Origin: Pseudomonadota bacterium
GTDB taxonomy: Bacteria > Bdellovibrionota_B > Oligoflexia > Oligoflexales > CAIYRB01
Reading direction: 5' to 3'
Length of the DNA: 64,000 nt
Assembly (NCBI GenBank): GCA_031416315.1
Contig: JANOTL010000065.1
Coordinates: forward strand, 1-64,000
Shown here: piece after piece, positions 9,880 to 19,207 of the stretch
How the letters are laid out: the number at the start of each line of letters is the position of its first letter
How positions within the stretch are numbered: the first letter of the stretch is position 1
Notes under the pieces: model-generated
Database searches by the model: none
Told to the model about the DNA's origin: nothing
What the model saw: only the letters and a program-made list of their open reading frames with translations
Translations under genes and position numbers: made by a program

Positions 9880-11715
9880 ATGCTGCTTAAGACGACCGGT
9901 CGCGGCGCGGCCGCGGCCGCGGCGGCGCTTTGCGCCGTCATCGCATGCAAGACTCCGGCCCCCAAGTCGACGGTGAAAGAGGGGGAAGCCCCGGCGGTGC
10001 CCGGCGAGACCGCGGCGAGCACGGTGCATCCTCCGGGCTACCTCGGCGCGGCCGAGAACGCCGCGCTGTGGGGCGAGTACTGCGCCGGCGGGGCCGACGT
10101 CGGCCAGGAAGTGCAGCCGAACTACGCCAACGCCGACGTCAAGAAGGCGGCGACGATCCTGTCGATCGTGAAGCGCACGAGCTTCAAGACCTACGGCGAC
10201 ATCCTGAAGCTGCACAAGACGGCGCTGCCGCCCGCGGCCACCGGCATCACGCCGGAGGCGCACGACTTCCTCACGTATCTTTGCGGCGAGTTCAGAGACC
10301 GCGCCACGATGGTCCGCGCCAAGATCAACTGGGTCTTCGCGCTGCGCTACCTCGACAACGGCGACAGCCAAAAAGACCGCAGCTGCGAGGCGCGCAACGA
10401 TCCGATGCGCCCCGCCGGCGACGCGCCCGCGGTCACTGCCTTCGACCCGAAAAAGAGCCCTTGGGCGCAGATGTGCATCGAGGACTACACGCGTTATTTG
10501 GCGATCTCGCGCGGCGTTTTCGACTGGCGCGAGAAGGCCATCAACAGCCCCGTCGGACTCGAGCTCGAGGATGGGACGGTCGTCAAAGGCAAGTTGAAGA
10601 TCGGCGACACCGCGAACATCGACCGGTTCGTGCCCGGTTACACGATCTGCGAGACGAAATACATCTTCGCCGACTACGTGAAGAAGCAGAAGACGTTCTC
10701 CCAGAGCGCGGACAGTTACAAAGCTTATGCCGACGGCCTCAAGGCGTTTACGGCGAGCACCTGCAGCGAAGAGGACAAAGGCTGGTACTACGACTTCCGT
10801 GGTGACTCGAACTACAAGCCGAACTCCCCCGAGAGCAACGGCATGATCTGGACGGCGAAGGTGTTCGCCGCTCAGTGCAAGGATCGCACGACCGCCGTCC
10901 CCGGCGCCGCGATCACGAGCGCCGATTGCCGCAAGTATTACGAAGCGCCGTTTCGTTCCCGCTACGAAGGCGCGCGCGCGGGCTTCGGCGCCTGGATGAT
11001 GCACTCGATGGGAACCGAAGCCGACTTCGGCAACGCCAGCGGCTCCTACTTTACGATCGCCCAGCACAACCACGCCGATCCCGCCGACGTCTTCAGCGCG
11101 AACGGCCCGTACCTCTTCCGCCAAAACGACGAGTTCGAAGACAAGAAGATCACGCAGGTGGGCTCGGCCGGCGCCTACCTTCCCGGCTTCGATTCCCACT
11201 GGCACGATTCCGACTTCGGGCTCACCGCGCGCTCCGGTCTCACCGGCGACAAGCTCGCCGAGTTCCTGGTCAACCGCATCCAGCGCGCCGTCGACCGCCA
11301 TACCAACTGGTATAAGTCCGGCTACGACAGCGCTCCGAGCCTCCCGAACAGCAACAAGCTGCGCCGCATGATGGACCAGGCGTACTCGCCGTTCGTCGCC
11401 TCCAGCTACGAGATGAGCGAGTCGAACAACTTCAGCCAATGCGGCGTGACCATCCCCTGCGGCAACTCGCCCGAAGAGTTCACCGCCCACAAGCAGTGGA
11501 TGTTCATCTTCAAGGTGAAGAAAGAGAACTGGCTCCGCCCCGAGGACATCGCCGCCGGTACGACCAAGCTCGACTTCGACCGCATGTGGTTCGACGAGAC
11601 CGCCTTCGGCAACGACGGCCTGGCCAACCGCGAGCGCGCCTGGGACCGCCTCGGCTCGCCGATGGAAGACGAGCACGCCGAGATCCTTTACCTCTGGAGA
11701 ATCCCGGCCGAATGA
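9880..11715 (+). CDS. Hypothetical lipoprotein, possible C-terminal ADP-ribosyltransferase-like fold
   Basis: Lipobox VIAC; long ORF with strong codon bias; YLFR / RHTNW..SPFVASS / EHAEILYLWRIP motifs. Confidence 0.8.
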   Translation: MLLKTTGRGAAAAAAALCAVIACKTPAPKSTVKEGEAPAVPGETAASTVHPPGYLGAAENAALWGEYCAGGADVGQEVQPNYANADVKKAATILSIVKRTSFKTYGDILKLHKTALPPAATGITPEAHDFLTYLCGEFRDRATMVRAKINWVFALRYLDNGDSQKDRSCEARNDPMRPAGDAPAVTAFDPKKSPWAQMCIEDYTRYLAISRGVFDWREKAINSPVGLELEDGTVVKGKLKIGDTANIDRFVPGYTICETKYIFADYVKKQKTFSQSADSYKAYADGLKAFTASTCSEEDKGWYYDFRGDSNYKPNSPESNGMIWTAKVFAAQCKDRTTAVPGAAITSADCRKYYEAPFRSRYEGARAGFGAWMMHSMGTEADFGNASGSYFTIAQHNHADPADVFSANGPYLFRQNDEFEDKKITQVGSAGAYLPGFDSHWHDSDFGLTARSGLTGDKLAEFLVNRIQRAVDRHTNWYKSGYDSAPSLPNSNKLRRMMDQAYSPFVASSYEMSESNNFSQCGVTIPCGNSPEEFTAHKQWMFIFKVKKENWLRPEDIAAGTTKLDFDRMWFDETAFGNDGLANRERAWDRLGSPMEDEHAEILYLWRIPAE

Positions 11716-12287
11716 AGGCGCTCGCGCGCTCGCTCGTCTTTTCCCTTCTGGCCTCGGGCTGCGGCGGCGGTAGCTGCGGCGGCCGCAAGCCCGAGCCGCC
11801 CGAGGCCAAGAAGAAGAAGCCCAAGGCCGACGAGGAGGGGCCCGAGCTCGTCGCGGCGCGCGACTACCTCTTCCCGGCCACGAGCGGCGCGAAAGCGCTG
11901 AAATTCGAGGACGGCCGCTCGTCGAGCCTGCGTTACGACGTCAGCAAAGACGGCGGCAAGCTCACGGTCAAGCGCAGCGGCGGCGGCCTCGTCGACGCCA
12001 CTTTCATCGCCACCGAGGGCGGCATCGCGGCGCGAATCTCCAACCGTGCGGTGGAGATCAGCGACCGCATCGGCGTCGGCGACCCCGTCGACGACAAGTA
12101 CGTGACCAACCTCGGCATGACCATCGAGACGCCCGCCGGCACGTTCTCGCCCTGCATCCGCACGATGTCGAAGGCCGATTCGCACGCGATCAGCCGCAGC
12201 GTCGACTACTACTGCAAGGGCAAAGGGCTCGTGATGATCGAGAAGATCGACGGCACGAAGGTCGAGAGGGCGCAGATCGCGCCATAA
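11712..12287 (+). CDS. Lipoprotein with TPAGTF...YYxKGxGLV beta-rich domain (DUF3108/TapB-like)
   Basis: ATGA overlap with the upstream gene; lipobox LASGC; IETPAGTFSPC and DYYCKGKGLVMIE. Confidence 0.75.
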   Translation: MKALARSLVFSLLASGCGGGSCGGRKPEPPEAKKKKPKADEEGPELVAARDYLFPATSGAKALKFEDGRSSSLRYDVSKDGGKLTVKRSGGGLVDATFIATEGGIAARISNRAVEISDRIGVGDPVDDKYVTNLGMTIETPAGTFSPCIRTMSKADSHAISRSVDYYCKGKGLVMIEKIDGTKVERAQIAP

Positions 12288-12288
12288 C

Positions 12289-13371
12289 TTAGGGCGTAAG
12301 GCGCCACTTTAGCGCCGGCAAGCCGCGCGTCGCGGGCGTATTGTCGAGGGCAAGTCCCGCGCCGTCCTTCTTCGCGCCGTACGTGCCTTCGGCGGATTTC
12401 CCGTCGCGCGAAAGCTTCCACGTCGGACCGACGTCGGCGCTCTTGTAGGTCATCGTGCCGGTCCAGTCGTTGACCGTCAGCTCGGCCGAACCTTTTGAGT
12501 AATACTGATCGAGAGGCTTGGCCTTAAGCCCTTTGAGCAAGAGCTTCCGTACGTCGCTCTGCTTCTTGTGGAGGTCGTCCATGTAGTCGAATTCCATGCA
12601 GCTTTCCACCTTCGTCTCGCCCTTGACGACGTCGGTGCGGCAGGGCTTACCGTCGTCCCAGCTGCCCGAGTAGGATATCGACAGGGCAGTGGTGAGCTCG
12701 CCCTCGTGCTCCATCGAGTAGTCGGATTCCGTCTTGACCAGGTTATACGACGTGAAGCCCATCTCGCCGCAGAGCGCATTGTCCTTGTAGCGCTTCGACG
12801 ACGAAAACTCTTTGAACGTCTTGCCGTCAAACTCCGCTAGGCCGGCGTCGCCGTCGCAGAGCGTCACGCCCTGAAAGCGGACGAGGTATTGAGTCACTTT
12901 GACCTTCTTGTACTTCGCGTCGGCGGCGAACACTTTCTTGAGGCAGGGCGATAGGTCGATCTCAGTGTCGACTCGCAGCGAGTTCGCGGTCGCTTGCACT
13001 TTGCTGGCGCCGAACGTCTCATCAAAACAATCGTCGGTACTTGCTTCCGCCTCGGGATCGTGGTTCTCCACGCCGGAGATGAACCCGACCTCGGACTCGA
13101 TCTCGTCCTCGCCGTACTTACGCAGGGCGAACTTGCTCTTCAGATCGCTCGGCGAGAAGAGGCGGGCAGACGAGCCGGACGAAGACTTGCCGTCGCCTTT
13201 CTCTTGCTTGCCGCTGGCGGCGCCGGCGCCCGTGGAGCCGCCACCGCCGTTCGTCGCGGTGGCGTCCGAGGCGGTCTTCGCCCTTTTCGAGGACGAGGGC
13301 TCTGCCTCCTTGTCCTTTTCCTTGCAACCGACGGCGAAGACGAAGAGCGAAAGCGCGAGCGCGAGGCGCAT
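12289..13371 (-). CDS. Hypothetical lipoprotein
   Basis: AAGGAG RBS, lipobox AVGC, low-complexity linker then Cys-containing domain. Confidence 0.8.
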   Translation of the reverse strand: MRLALALSLFVFAVGCKEKDKEAEPSSSKRAKTASDATATNGGGGSTGAGAASGKQEKGDGKSSSGSSARLFSPSDLKSKFALRKYGEDEIESEVGFISGVENHDPEAEASTDDCFDETFGASKVQATANSLRVDTEIDLSPCLKKVFAADAKYKKVKVTQYLVRFQGVTLCDGDAGLAEFDGKTFKEFSSSKRYKDNALCGEMGFTSYNLVKTESDYSMEHEGELTTALSISYSGSWDDGKPCRTDVVKGETKVESCMEFDYMDDLHKKQSDVRKLLLKGLKAKPLDQYYSKGSAELTVNDWTGTMTYKSADVGPTWKLSRDGKSAEGTYGAKKDGAGLALDNTPATRGLPALKWRLTP

Positions 13372-13491
13372 GATTGACTCCTTTAGAATGGCCCCGGTAG
13401 CCATGGGCTCCCGGGGCTTTGCACGAAACAATACCACTAAGAGATTCAGCCGACTACGACAGACGATCCGGGAGCCAACGTCAACCGACCG

Positions 13492-14130
13492 CTACTGCTG
13501 CAAAAGGAAACTGGGGTTCATCAATAGAGCCAGCATGACGTCTTCCACGCGCTTGGCCGCGTTGGCTTCGGTCGATGCCTTGAACTGATTCTTGAAGGCC
13601 TCGCGCTCGTCGTCGAGGCCGTAGCCGACGACGATCTTCCACGCTTTTTCCAAGTCGCCGTCGGCCGGCGTGCCGTCGCAGAGCTTGCGGACGAGAAGGT
13701 TGAAGTCGGCGCGGAGCACCGGCTTGTCCTTCGAGCGCTTGAAGCTCAGGGTGCGCGCCTCAGGCGCTTGCGCACAGAGCTCGCCCATCGAGGCCGCCAG
13801 GGTCTTCATCGTCTTGAACCAGAGGAGGACGCCGAGCGGGTTGGGCACGCCGCCGCGGTACTCGAAGCGGTCACCATCGGTTTCGTTGGCGCCGATCAGG
13901 CCTTTCTGCGCGAAGACGCCGTCCCCGAGCACGCGGGACACTTGGAACGATTTCGTTCCCGGCTCGCCTTGGTCGAAGAGGTTCTCCCACAGGATCTGCT
14001 GAATCGCCGGCGCGCCGATGAACTCGCCAACCGGACGGCCGCCGCCTTCCTTCACCGTGGAGACTTGCTTCGCCGCGGTCTTGCAACCGGCGGCCACGAG
14101 GATCGTCAAGAGAATGGATGCGATTTTCAT
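13492..14130 (-). CDS. Hypothetical lipoprotein (C-terminus like PSD/DUF1553-type helical ends)
   Basis: Lipobox VAAGC; ends EDVMLALLMNPSFLL; third gene of the DUF1501 operon. Confidence 0.8.
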   Translation of the reverse strand: MKIASILLTILVAAGCKTAAKQVSTVKEGGGRPVGEFIGAPAIQQILWENLFDQGEPGTKSFQVSRVLGDGVFAQKGLIGANETDGDRFEYRGGVPNPLGVLLWFKTMKTLAASMGELCAQAPEARTLSFKRSKDKPVLRADFNLLVRKLCDGTPADGDLEKAWKIVVGYGLDDEREAFKNQFKASTEANAAKRVEDVMLALLMNPSFLLQQ

Positions 14131-14136
14131 GGTTCG

Positions 14137-16218
14137 TCAGTTCCCCGTCGATTCGGACAGCTGCTTTTGCAGCCATTTGAAGAAGATCTGCTTCTCGCTC
14201 TCCGGGAAGTCCTTCTTGTACGGCATCGGCAGGAGCTCGTCGTCCTGGCCGTCGCCGTCGCGGTCGCGCTTGATCGACTTCGGATCGGTAATCGAGGCGA
14301 GCATCCACTTGAGGCTCGTCGTCCGGTCGAAGAGCACGCCTTCGGACATGTAGTGCGCAAACATCGCGCCTTGCGGTCCGCTGACGAACTTCGTCATGTC
14401 GAGGTCACCGTTCGGCGAGTCCTCGTTGTGGCAGGACGCGCAGTACTTGACGGCGATCGAGTTGACCTCGCACGGCGCCGCGTCCGGGCCCGGCTCCGCG
14501 CCGACCGCGTAGTCGTAGCACTGGCCGGGGACGATCGAGGCGCGGTTGAAGGTCTTGGACAGCAAGAGGTCGCTGATCGATTTCTTCAACGCCGCGGTCG
14601 CGTCGCCGCCGTCGAAATTCTTCGCCAGGGAGTCGACCCACTTGCCGTCGTACACCTGCTTCTTGCCGAGGACGTACTCCGTGAGGCGCTTGGTCAGGCA
14701 GGAGCGCACGACCTTCGACTTTTTGAAGTAGTCGAACATCGTCGACATCGTGACGTCGTCCGGGTTCGCCTCGGTCCACTCCGGGTAGAGCTTCGTCGGC
14801 GACTTGTAGTGACCGATCTTGATCTTGCCGTCGGTGCCGTTGTACTCGTTGACGTACTTTTTGGTGTAGTGATCGGAGTCTTTGGCGACGTTCAGCGCGT
14901 CGTCGTAGATGTGGTTCTTCTGCTTCTTGAAGCTGATACCAGCGACGCCGTGCGGGGCAAAGATGGCGCCGATCGGGTCCATCTTGTAGTGACAGGCCTG
15001 ACAGGCTGCGGCCGCCGAGTGGGCGCCTTCGACGTGGTCGGTCGACCCGAGGCTGACCGGGGTCATGTCGTCGCAGGTGAAGGTGCGCAGGATGTAGGCC
15101 GCCCGCTTGCGGTTGACGTTCGTGCTCGAGTTCTTCACGATCTTCCACTGGCCTTCGTAGGTAAAGGCGGGGTTCAGGGCGGGCAGACCGGCCACGTTCA
15201 CGTCGAGCGCGATCATGTCGTTGACCGGTTGGCTCGATGGCGTCTTCTTCTTCGCCTCGATCTCGGCGAAGATCCTCATCGTCTCATCACGGATCTTGGT
15301 CAGGCGGTCGGCCAAGGCTTGAGCCGTGAAGGCGGGATCGTTGCAGTCGCCGACGTTGGCGTTGTTGAAGTCGCCGACCGGCACCTGGCGTTGGATCGAT
15401 CCGACCCAGTTCTGTCCGATCAAGTTGAGAACATAACGAACGCTGGGCTCCATCTTCAGCGCCGCGTAGGCGTCGCCGCCGCCTGATTTGTTGGTCGGGA
15501 GCGAGAGCTTGCGGGCGAGCTGCGGGGTCGACTGACAGCCGACGGCACGCATCGAATCCGAGGGCGGCGCGCCGAACATCGCGATCACCGAGTTGAACTC
15601 TTTCTCGAGGTCCGCGGCGAAGGTCGCCGAGTTGGAGACTTGGACCGGGCTCTCGACGTAGAGCTTCGGGTTGCCGTCAAAGAGCTCGAAGAAGTCGCCG
15701 CCGTTCATCGCCGCCATGGCGCCGGCGAGGGCCTGGGGCTGGCTGAACACCGAGGCGTTAAGTTGGGGGTTCGGGCCGGTGGGGGCTGCCGTCGCCGAGG
15801 CCTCCATGCCGGTCGCCGCAGCGGCCGGGGAGAACTCGGGGAAGGGGTTGTTGCCGGCGGGCGTCACGGGCGCCTGCTCGACCAGAGAGTCGACCTGACG
15901 GCCGAGAAAATCCATGTTGAAGTCGAGGAGCGTCAAGGCGAAGCGCGGGTCCTTCATCATCTCGTCGATGAATTGCTGGCGCGAGAGCGCCTTGTACTTC
16001 TCTTCCTCTTCGTCGGTGATGCGCGAGCCGTAACGCAGGCGCTGGCTCACCTTGTTGCGCCATTTGGCCTCGGAGATGTCGTTCGGGCCCGGCGTAAGGA
16101 CGGCGCCGGCATCTGCGGCCGGAGTCTCGCCTTCCTTCAGCGCGGCGCCTTGCTGAGCCGGGCGGCACGCGGGCAAGAGGCAGAGGGCGACCAGGGAGCA
16201 TTTCAGCGTGGTGTTCAT
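14137..16218 (-). CDS. Di-heme c-type cytochrome lipoprotein (DUF1588/DUF1585-like plus C-terminal cytochrome c domain)
   Basis: Lipobox LLPAC; RKRAAYILRTFTC, CQACHYKMDPIG, CLTKR, CASCH...MP; true start ATG 16218. Confidence 0.85.
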   Translation of the reverse strand: MNTTLKCSLVALCLLPACRPAQQGAALKEGETPAADAGAVLTPGPNDISEAKWRNKVSQRLRYGSRITDEEEEKYKALSRQQFIDEMMKDPRFALTLLDFNMDFLGRQVDSLVEQAPVTPAGNNPFPEFSPAAAATGMEASATAAPTGPNPQLNASVFSQPQALAGAMAAMNGGDFFELFDGNPKLYVESPVQVSNSATFAADLEKEFNSVIAMFGAPPSDSMRAVGCQSTPQLARKLSLPTNKSGGGDAYAALKMEPSVRYVLNLIGQNWVGSIQRQVPVGDFNNANVGDCNDPAFTAQALADRLTKIRDETMRIFAEIEAKKKTPSSQPVNDMIALDVNVAGLPALNPAFTYEGQWKIVKNSSTNVNRKRAAYILRTFTCDDMTPVSLGSTDHVEGAHSAAAACQACHYKMDPIGAIFAPHGVAGISFKKQKNHIYDDALNVAKDSDHYTKKYVNEYNGTDGKIKIGHYKSPTKLYPEWTEANPDDVTMSTMFDYFKKSKVVRSCLTKRLTEYVLGKKQVYDGKWVDSLAKNFDGGDATAALKKSISDLLLSKTFNRASIVPGQCYDYAVGAEPGPDAAPCEVNSIAVKYCASCHNEDSPNGDLDMTKFVSGPQGAMFAHYMSEGVLFDRTTSLKWMLASITDPKSIKRDRDGDGQDDELLPMPYKKDFPESEKQIFFKWLQKQLSESTGN

Positions 16219-16232
16219 GGTTGGTCTTTCCC

Positions 16233-17708
16233 TCAGACGTTCTTCAGAAGGTGTTTTTCGATCGTCGGCAGCTGCTTGCCGTCCGGATCGCGGAAGAGCT
16301 TGTCGTCGGTGTAGCCGAACTGCCGCAGGAGCGTGTTCGTCACCGAGTTGATCGAGAGATAGTCGGTGAGCTTGAAGGTCTCTGGCTTCGCAGCCGTTGC
16401 CTGGCCCGTCTCGAAGTCGAAGGGCCTGCCCATCGGCATGATGCACGCGCCGCCTTGCGCCGACATCGGCTCGCAGGCCTTGTGCGCGCCCGAGACGTTC
16501 TCGGGCTTGATCGCGTCGAGCGTCTCCATGTCGGAGGCGCCGATGACGTTGCCGCCTTGGATGCCTTTGCCGAAGAGAAGCATCGAGTTGATCAATTGGT
16601 TGTGGTCGGTGCCCGTGGTCCAGATCGGCATGCCAACCTGGCGATAGGGGCGGCCGAACTCGGAGGAAACCATGACCGTCGTCACGTCGAGGAGCGACTT
16701 GCCGTTCTTGTACTCGTTGGCCTTCAGGTAGTCGATGAGGCCGATGATGTCCTTGATGATCTCGGCGTAGTTGACCGGGAGGTTCCGCGCGATCGAGCCC
16801 GAATGCGAGTCGATGTCGAACGAAGAGCCCATGTCGCGGTCCATCATGATCGTGACGGACGAGGTGACGTTGCCGGCGAAGAGGCGGTGCGTCATCACGG
16901 TGGCGTTGGCGAGGGCGCCGTTTTGGGAGGTGTTGCCGCCGGCGTTGGCCGCCTCGATCAACGAGGCGTTGAGGCGCGGCGCGTTGGTGAGGCCGTCGGC
17001 GACCGCCTGCGAGCCGAGAGCGAAGGCGTCGCCCAGGCCGGCGCGGGCCGCGTAGCGGTCGAGGAGGAACTTGGCCGTCGGGTCCGCCATGTCGAACACG
17101 GCGCTCTCTTTGATGTCCTCGAAGAGCTTCATCGACGAAAAGCCGTCGAGCTGCACGGAGCCGCCGAAGTTCTTCGGCGCCTGGTTGCCGTCGCCCTTCC
17201 AGCCGCCGACGTGCACGGACTCGATCGGGCTCTTGTTCTTGGCGCCGATCATCGGCACCCAGGAGTTGTAGCCGCCGACGTTTTTGCCGGTGTAGAGCGT
17301 GTACATGTTTTGGCCGTGGCCGGCGATGCCGACGCCGTTCATGACGATGCCGTTGATCACGGTCATCTCGTCCCTGAACTTCATCAGCGGCTCGGTCAGG
17401 GTCGTGCGCAGGCACCTGCCGCCGTTCTTACCGATGTACTCGATGCGCTTGCCGGCCGCGTCGTCGCCTGGGGCGTCGGCCGTCTTGTAGAGATAATTCG
17501 ACACGAGACCGCCGTCGGTCATGTCGTTCGGACGCGCGTCGAACCAGTAAGTCGGGTCGACCCCGCCGGCGACGCAGACGTTGATGAAGAAGTGCGGCTC
17601 GTCTCCTTGGGCAAAGAGACTTTGACCGCCAAAGGCACCCAGCGCGACGTAGCCGAGCGTGGTGTCGACGCCGAGTCGCAGGGCGCGACGGCGGGAGAAG
17701 AGAGACAT
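16233..17708 (-). CDS. Tat-exported DUF1501 family protein
   Basis: SRRRAL twin-arginine signal; GGVD, FDIDSH, VMVSSEFGR, GTDHN, GKGIQGGNVIGASD. Confidence 0.9.
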   Translation of the reverse strand: MSLFSRRRALRLGVDTTLGYVALGAFGGQSLFAQGDEPHFFINVCVAGGVDPTYWFDARPNDMTDGGLVSNYLYKTADAPGDDAAGKRIEYIGKNGGRCLRTTLTEPLMKFRDEMTVINGIVMNGVGIAGHGQNMYTLYTGKNVGGYNSWVPMIGAKNKSPIESVHVGGWKGDGNQAPKNFGGSVQLDGFSSMKLFEDIKESAVFDMADPTAKFLLDRYAARAGLGDAFALGSQAVADGLTNAPRLNASLIEAANAGGNTSQNGALANATVMTHRLFAGNVTSSVTIMMDRDMGSSFDIDSHSGSIARNLPVNYAEIIKDIIGLIDYLKANEYKNGKSLLDVTTVMVSSEFGRPYRQVGMPIWTTGTDHNQLINSMLLFGKGIQGGNVIGASDMETLDAIKPENVSGAHKACEPMSAQGGACIMPMGRPFDFETGQATAAKPETFKLTDYLSINSVTNTLLRQFGYTDDKLFRDPDGKQLPTIEKHLLKNV

Positions 17709-17746
17709 GGGTCCTCCGGAGACAAGCGAGAAAGGCGATGCGGATC

Positions 17747-17773
17747 GCTTCGGAAAGGCAGCGATATTCTTGA
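17747..17773 (-). promoter_or_regulatory. Putative sigma-28-type promoter of the DUF1501 operon
   Basis: Minus strand TCAAG-N14-TCCGAAGC, ~40 nt upstream of the ATG. Confidence 0.4.
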
Positions 17774-17811
17774 AGCCGCCGCCGATCGGCCAGCCTTGCC
17801 CTCGGCAAGAA

Positions 17812-18159
17812 ATGCCGTGCATTGGCGAGTCGTTTTGCCGGGATGTTCGCAATGCCGCAGCAAGCCGCGTCGATCAGAGCTCATGCTCCGGGCAGGTCAC
17901 GCCGCAGCCGGGCGCCGGGAATTGCGGTTACGGGGGCGCCAGCTCCATTCACGCCTCCGGTCAGGCAGCATGTCCCGACGGCTTTATCGCCATCGGCGGC
18001 GGGGGCGAGTGCCGCCTGCCGAACTCAACCGGCGGCCAGCTTCTGACCTCGACTTTGGATCAACCGTCGAAGTGGGGACTCGACTGTTGCACGTCGCAGG
18101 GCACCGCCGCCGCGAACGTCCATGCCATTTGTGTTCGGTCGAGCTCGTTTGTAAAGTAG
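17812..18159 (+). pseudogene. Orphan Cys-rich tip domain (CPxG..xxGGG..W..C..VxAIC type), probably a gene remnant
   Basis: ACPDGFIAIGGGGEC...SKWGLDCC...VHAICV; no signal peptide or clear RBS. Confidence 0.5.
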
Positions 18160-18377
18160 CTAATCCGCCCGCCAGCCGAAGCCGTGGCGTCCGTGGTCCC
18201 TTCGGAGCGCAGTTGCGCAGAGTTGGTGCGCGCTTTCTCCGGGTAGGGCTTCTTGGCGTTATTTTACCGCAAGGGGCCCAAGGACGCGTACGCCTTCGTG
18301 CCGCACGACCGCCGTTAGATGGCCCAACATGATGCGTACGTACTCGCGCGCGATCGCATGCCTTTGGAGCGATCCAA

Positions 18378-18974
18378 TCAAGGCATGCTGGACGAATACT
18401 CGGGCGCGGACGACGTGATCGTGCCGACGACGGTCTTCAGCACTTCGTCGAAGTGCTCGGCCAAGGCCGCGCGCCGCGCCTGCAGAACGACGATGGTGGT
18501 GAGCGTGAGGCTCGCCTCCTTGTCGCCCTTTTTGCGATTCTTGGCGGCGACCCGGGTCTTGCGCAGCTCGGCCGGAAAGTCTTTGAGGAGCTTCTCGATC
18601 GAGGCCTTCGTCTTCACGACTTCCTCGGGATCGTCGCTGCGGTCGGTCATCGCGAGACCGCCCTCGTCGCAGACGAGCCGCATGGCGAAGGCGCCGTCGA
18701 CACCGACCGCCACGCCCTCGACGCTGCCGCCGGCGCCTTGAAAGCTGCCGCCCGCGCCGCCGCCGTCGACCTGTACGAGCACGAGCTCGCTGATGAGCCC
18801 GTCCCATTCGTCGACGCCGAGCACGAGGTCTTTGCACTGGCTCATCGCCTGACGCGTGCTCGCTTCGGCGGCCTTTTCATCCTTCACACGCGAGGCGTTG
18901 CTGCGCCTAGTGACGCAGCCGCTGAGCGCGAGCGCTGAAACCAGGGTGGCGACGAGCATGATGCGGTCCGGCAT
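18378..18974 (-). CDS. Hypothetical lipoprotein
   Basis: Lipobox LSGC, AAAGGAAAG upstream, helical C-terminus. Confidence 0.75.
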   Translation of the reverse strand: MPDRIMLVATLVSALALSGCVTRRSNASRVKDEKAAEASTRQAMSQCKDLVLGVDEWDGLISELVLVQVDGGGAGGSFQGAGGSVEGVAVGVDGAFAMRLVCDEGGLAMTDRSDDPEEVVKTKASIEKLLKDFPAELRKTRVAAKNRKKGDKEASLTLTTIVVLQARRAALAEHFDEVLKTVVGTITSSAPEYSSSMP

Positions 18975-19101
18975 AGCGATTCAACTTTCCTTTCGGTGTG
19001 CTCGTCGACGGGGCCGCTGACCACGACCAAGTCCCCGAAATCACTCCTTTGACGGCTCCATTTCATCTGAAGGCGCCGTGCGCGTGGAATGACGTACCAT
19101 A

Positions 19102-19128
19102 GTATCGGCGGCGATTTGGCGGACTTTA
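19102..19128 (-). promoter_or_regulatory. Sigma-28 (FliA)-type promoter
   Basis: Minus strand TAAA-N15-GCCGATAC, near-perfect FliA consensus upstream of the 18974 gene. Confidence 0.65.
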
Positions 19129-19207
19129 GGTGGAGCCCGGCCCGCCGTAGACGGACATGTGGAGCGCCGTTTCGGCCTTATGATCCAGAGGGTGGCTTAG
19201 GCAAAGT

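Noticed and set aside
14137..17415. 1092-aa ORF as one protein
   Set aside because: The first ~400 aa are an Arg-rich off-frame shadow over DUF1501; the real gene starts at ATG 16218 with a lipoprotein signal.
9328..18332. Long antisense ORFs (e.g. 9328-11676 -, 13768-15486 +, 16221-18332 +) as overlapping genes
   Set aside because: Typical high-GC shadow frames opposite well-supported genes; no recognisable motifs.
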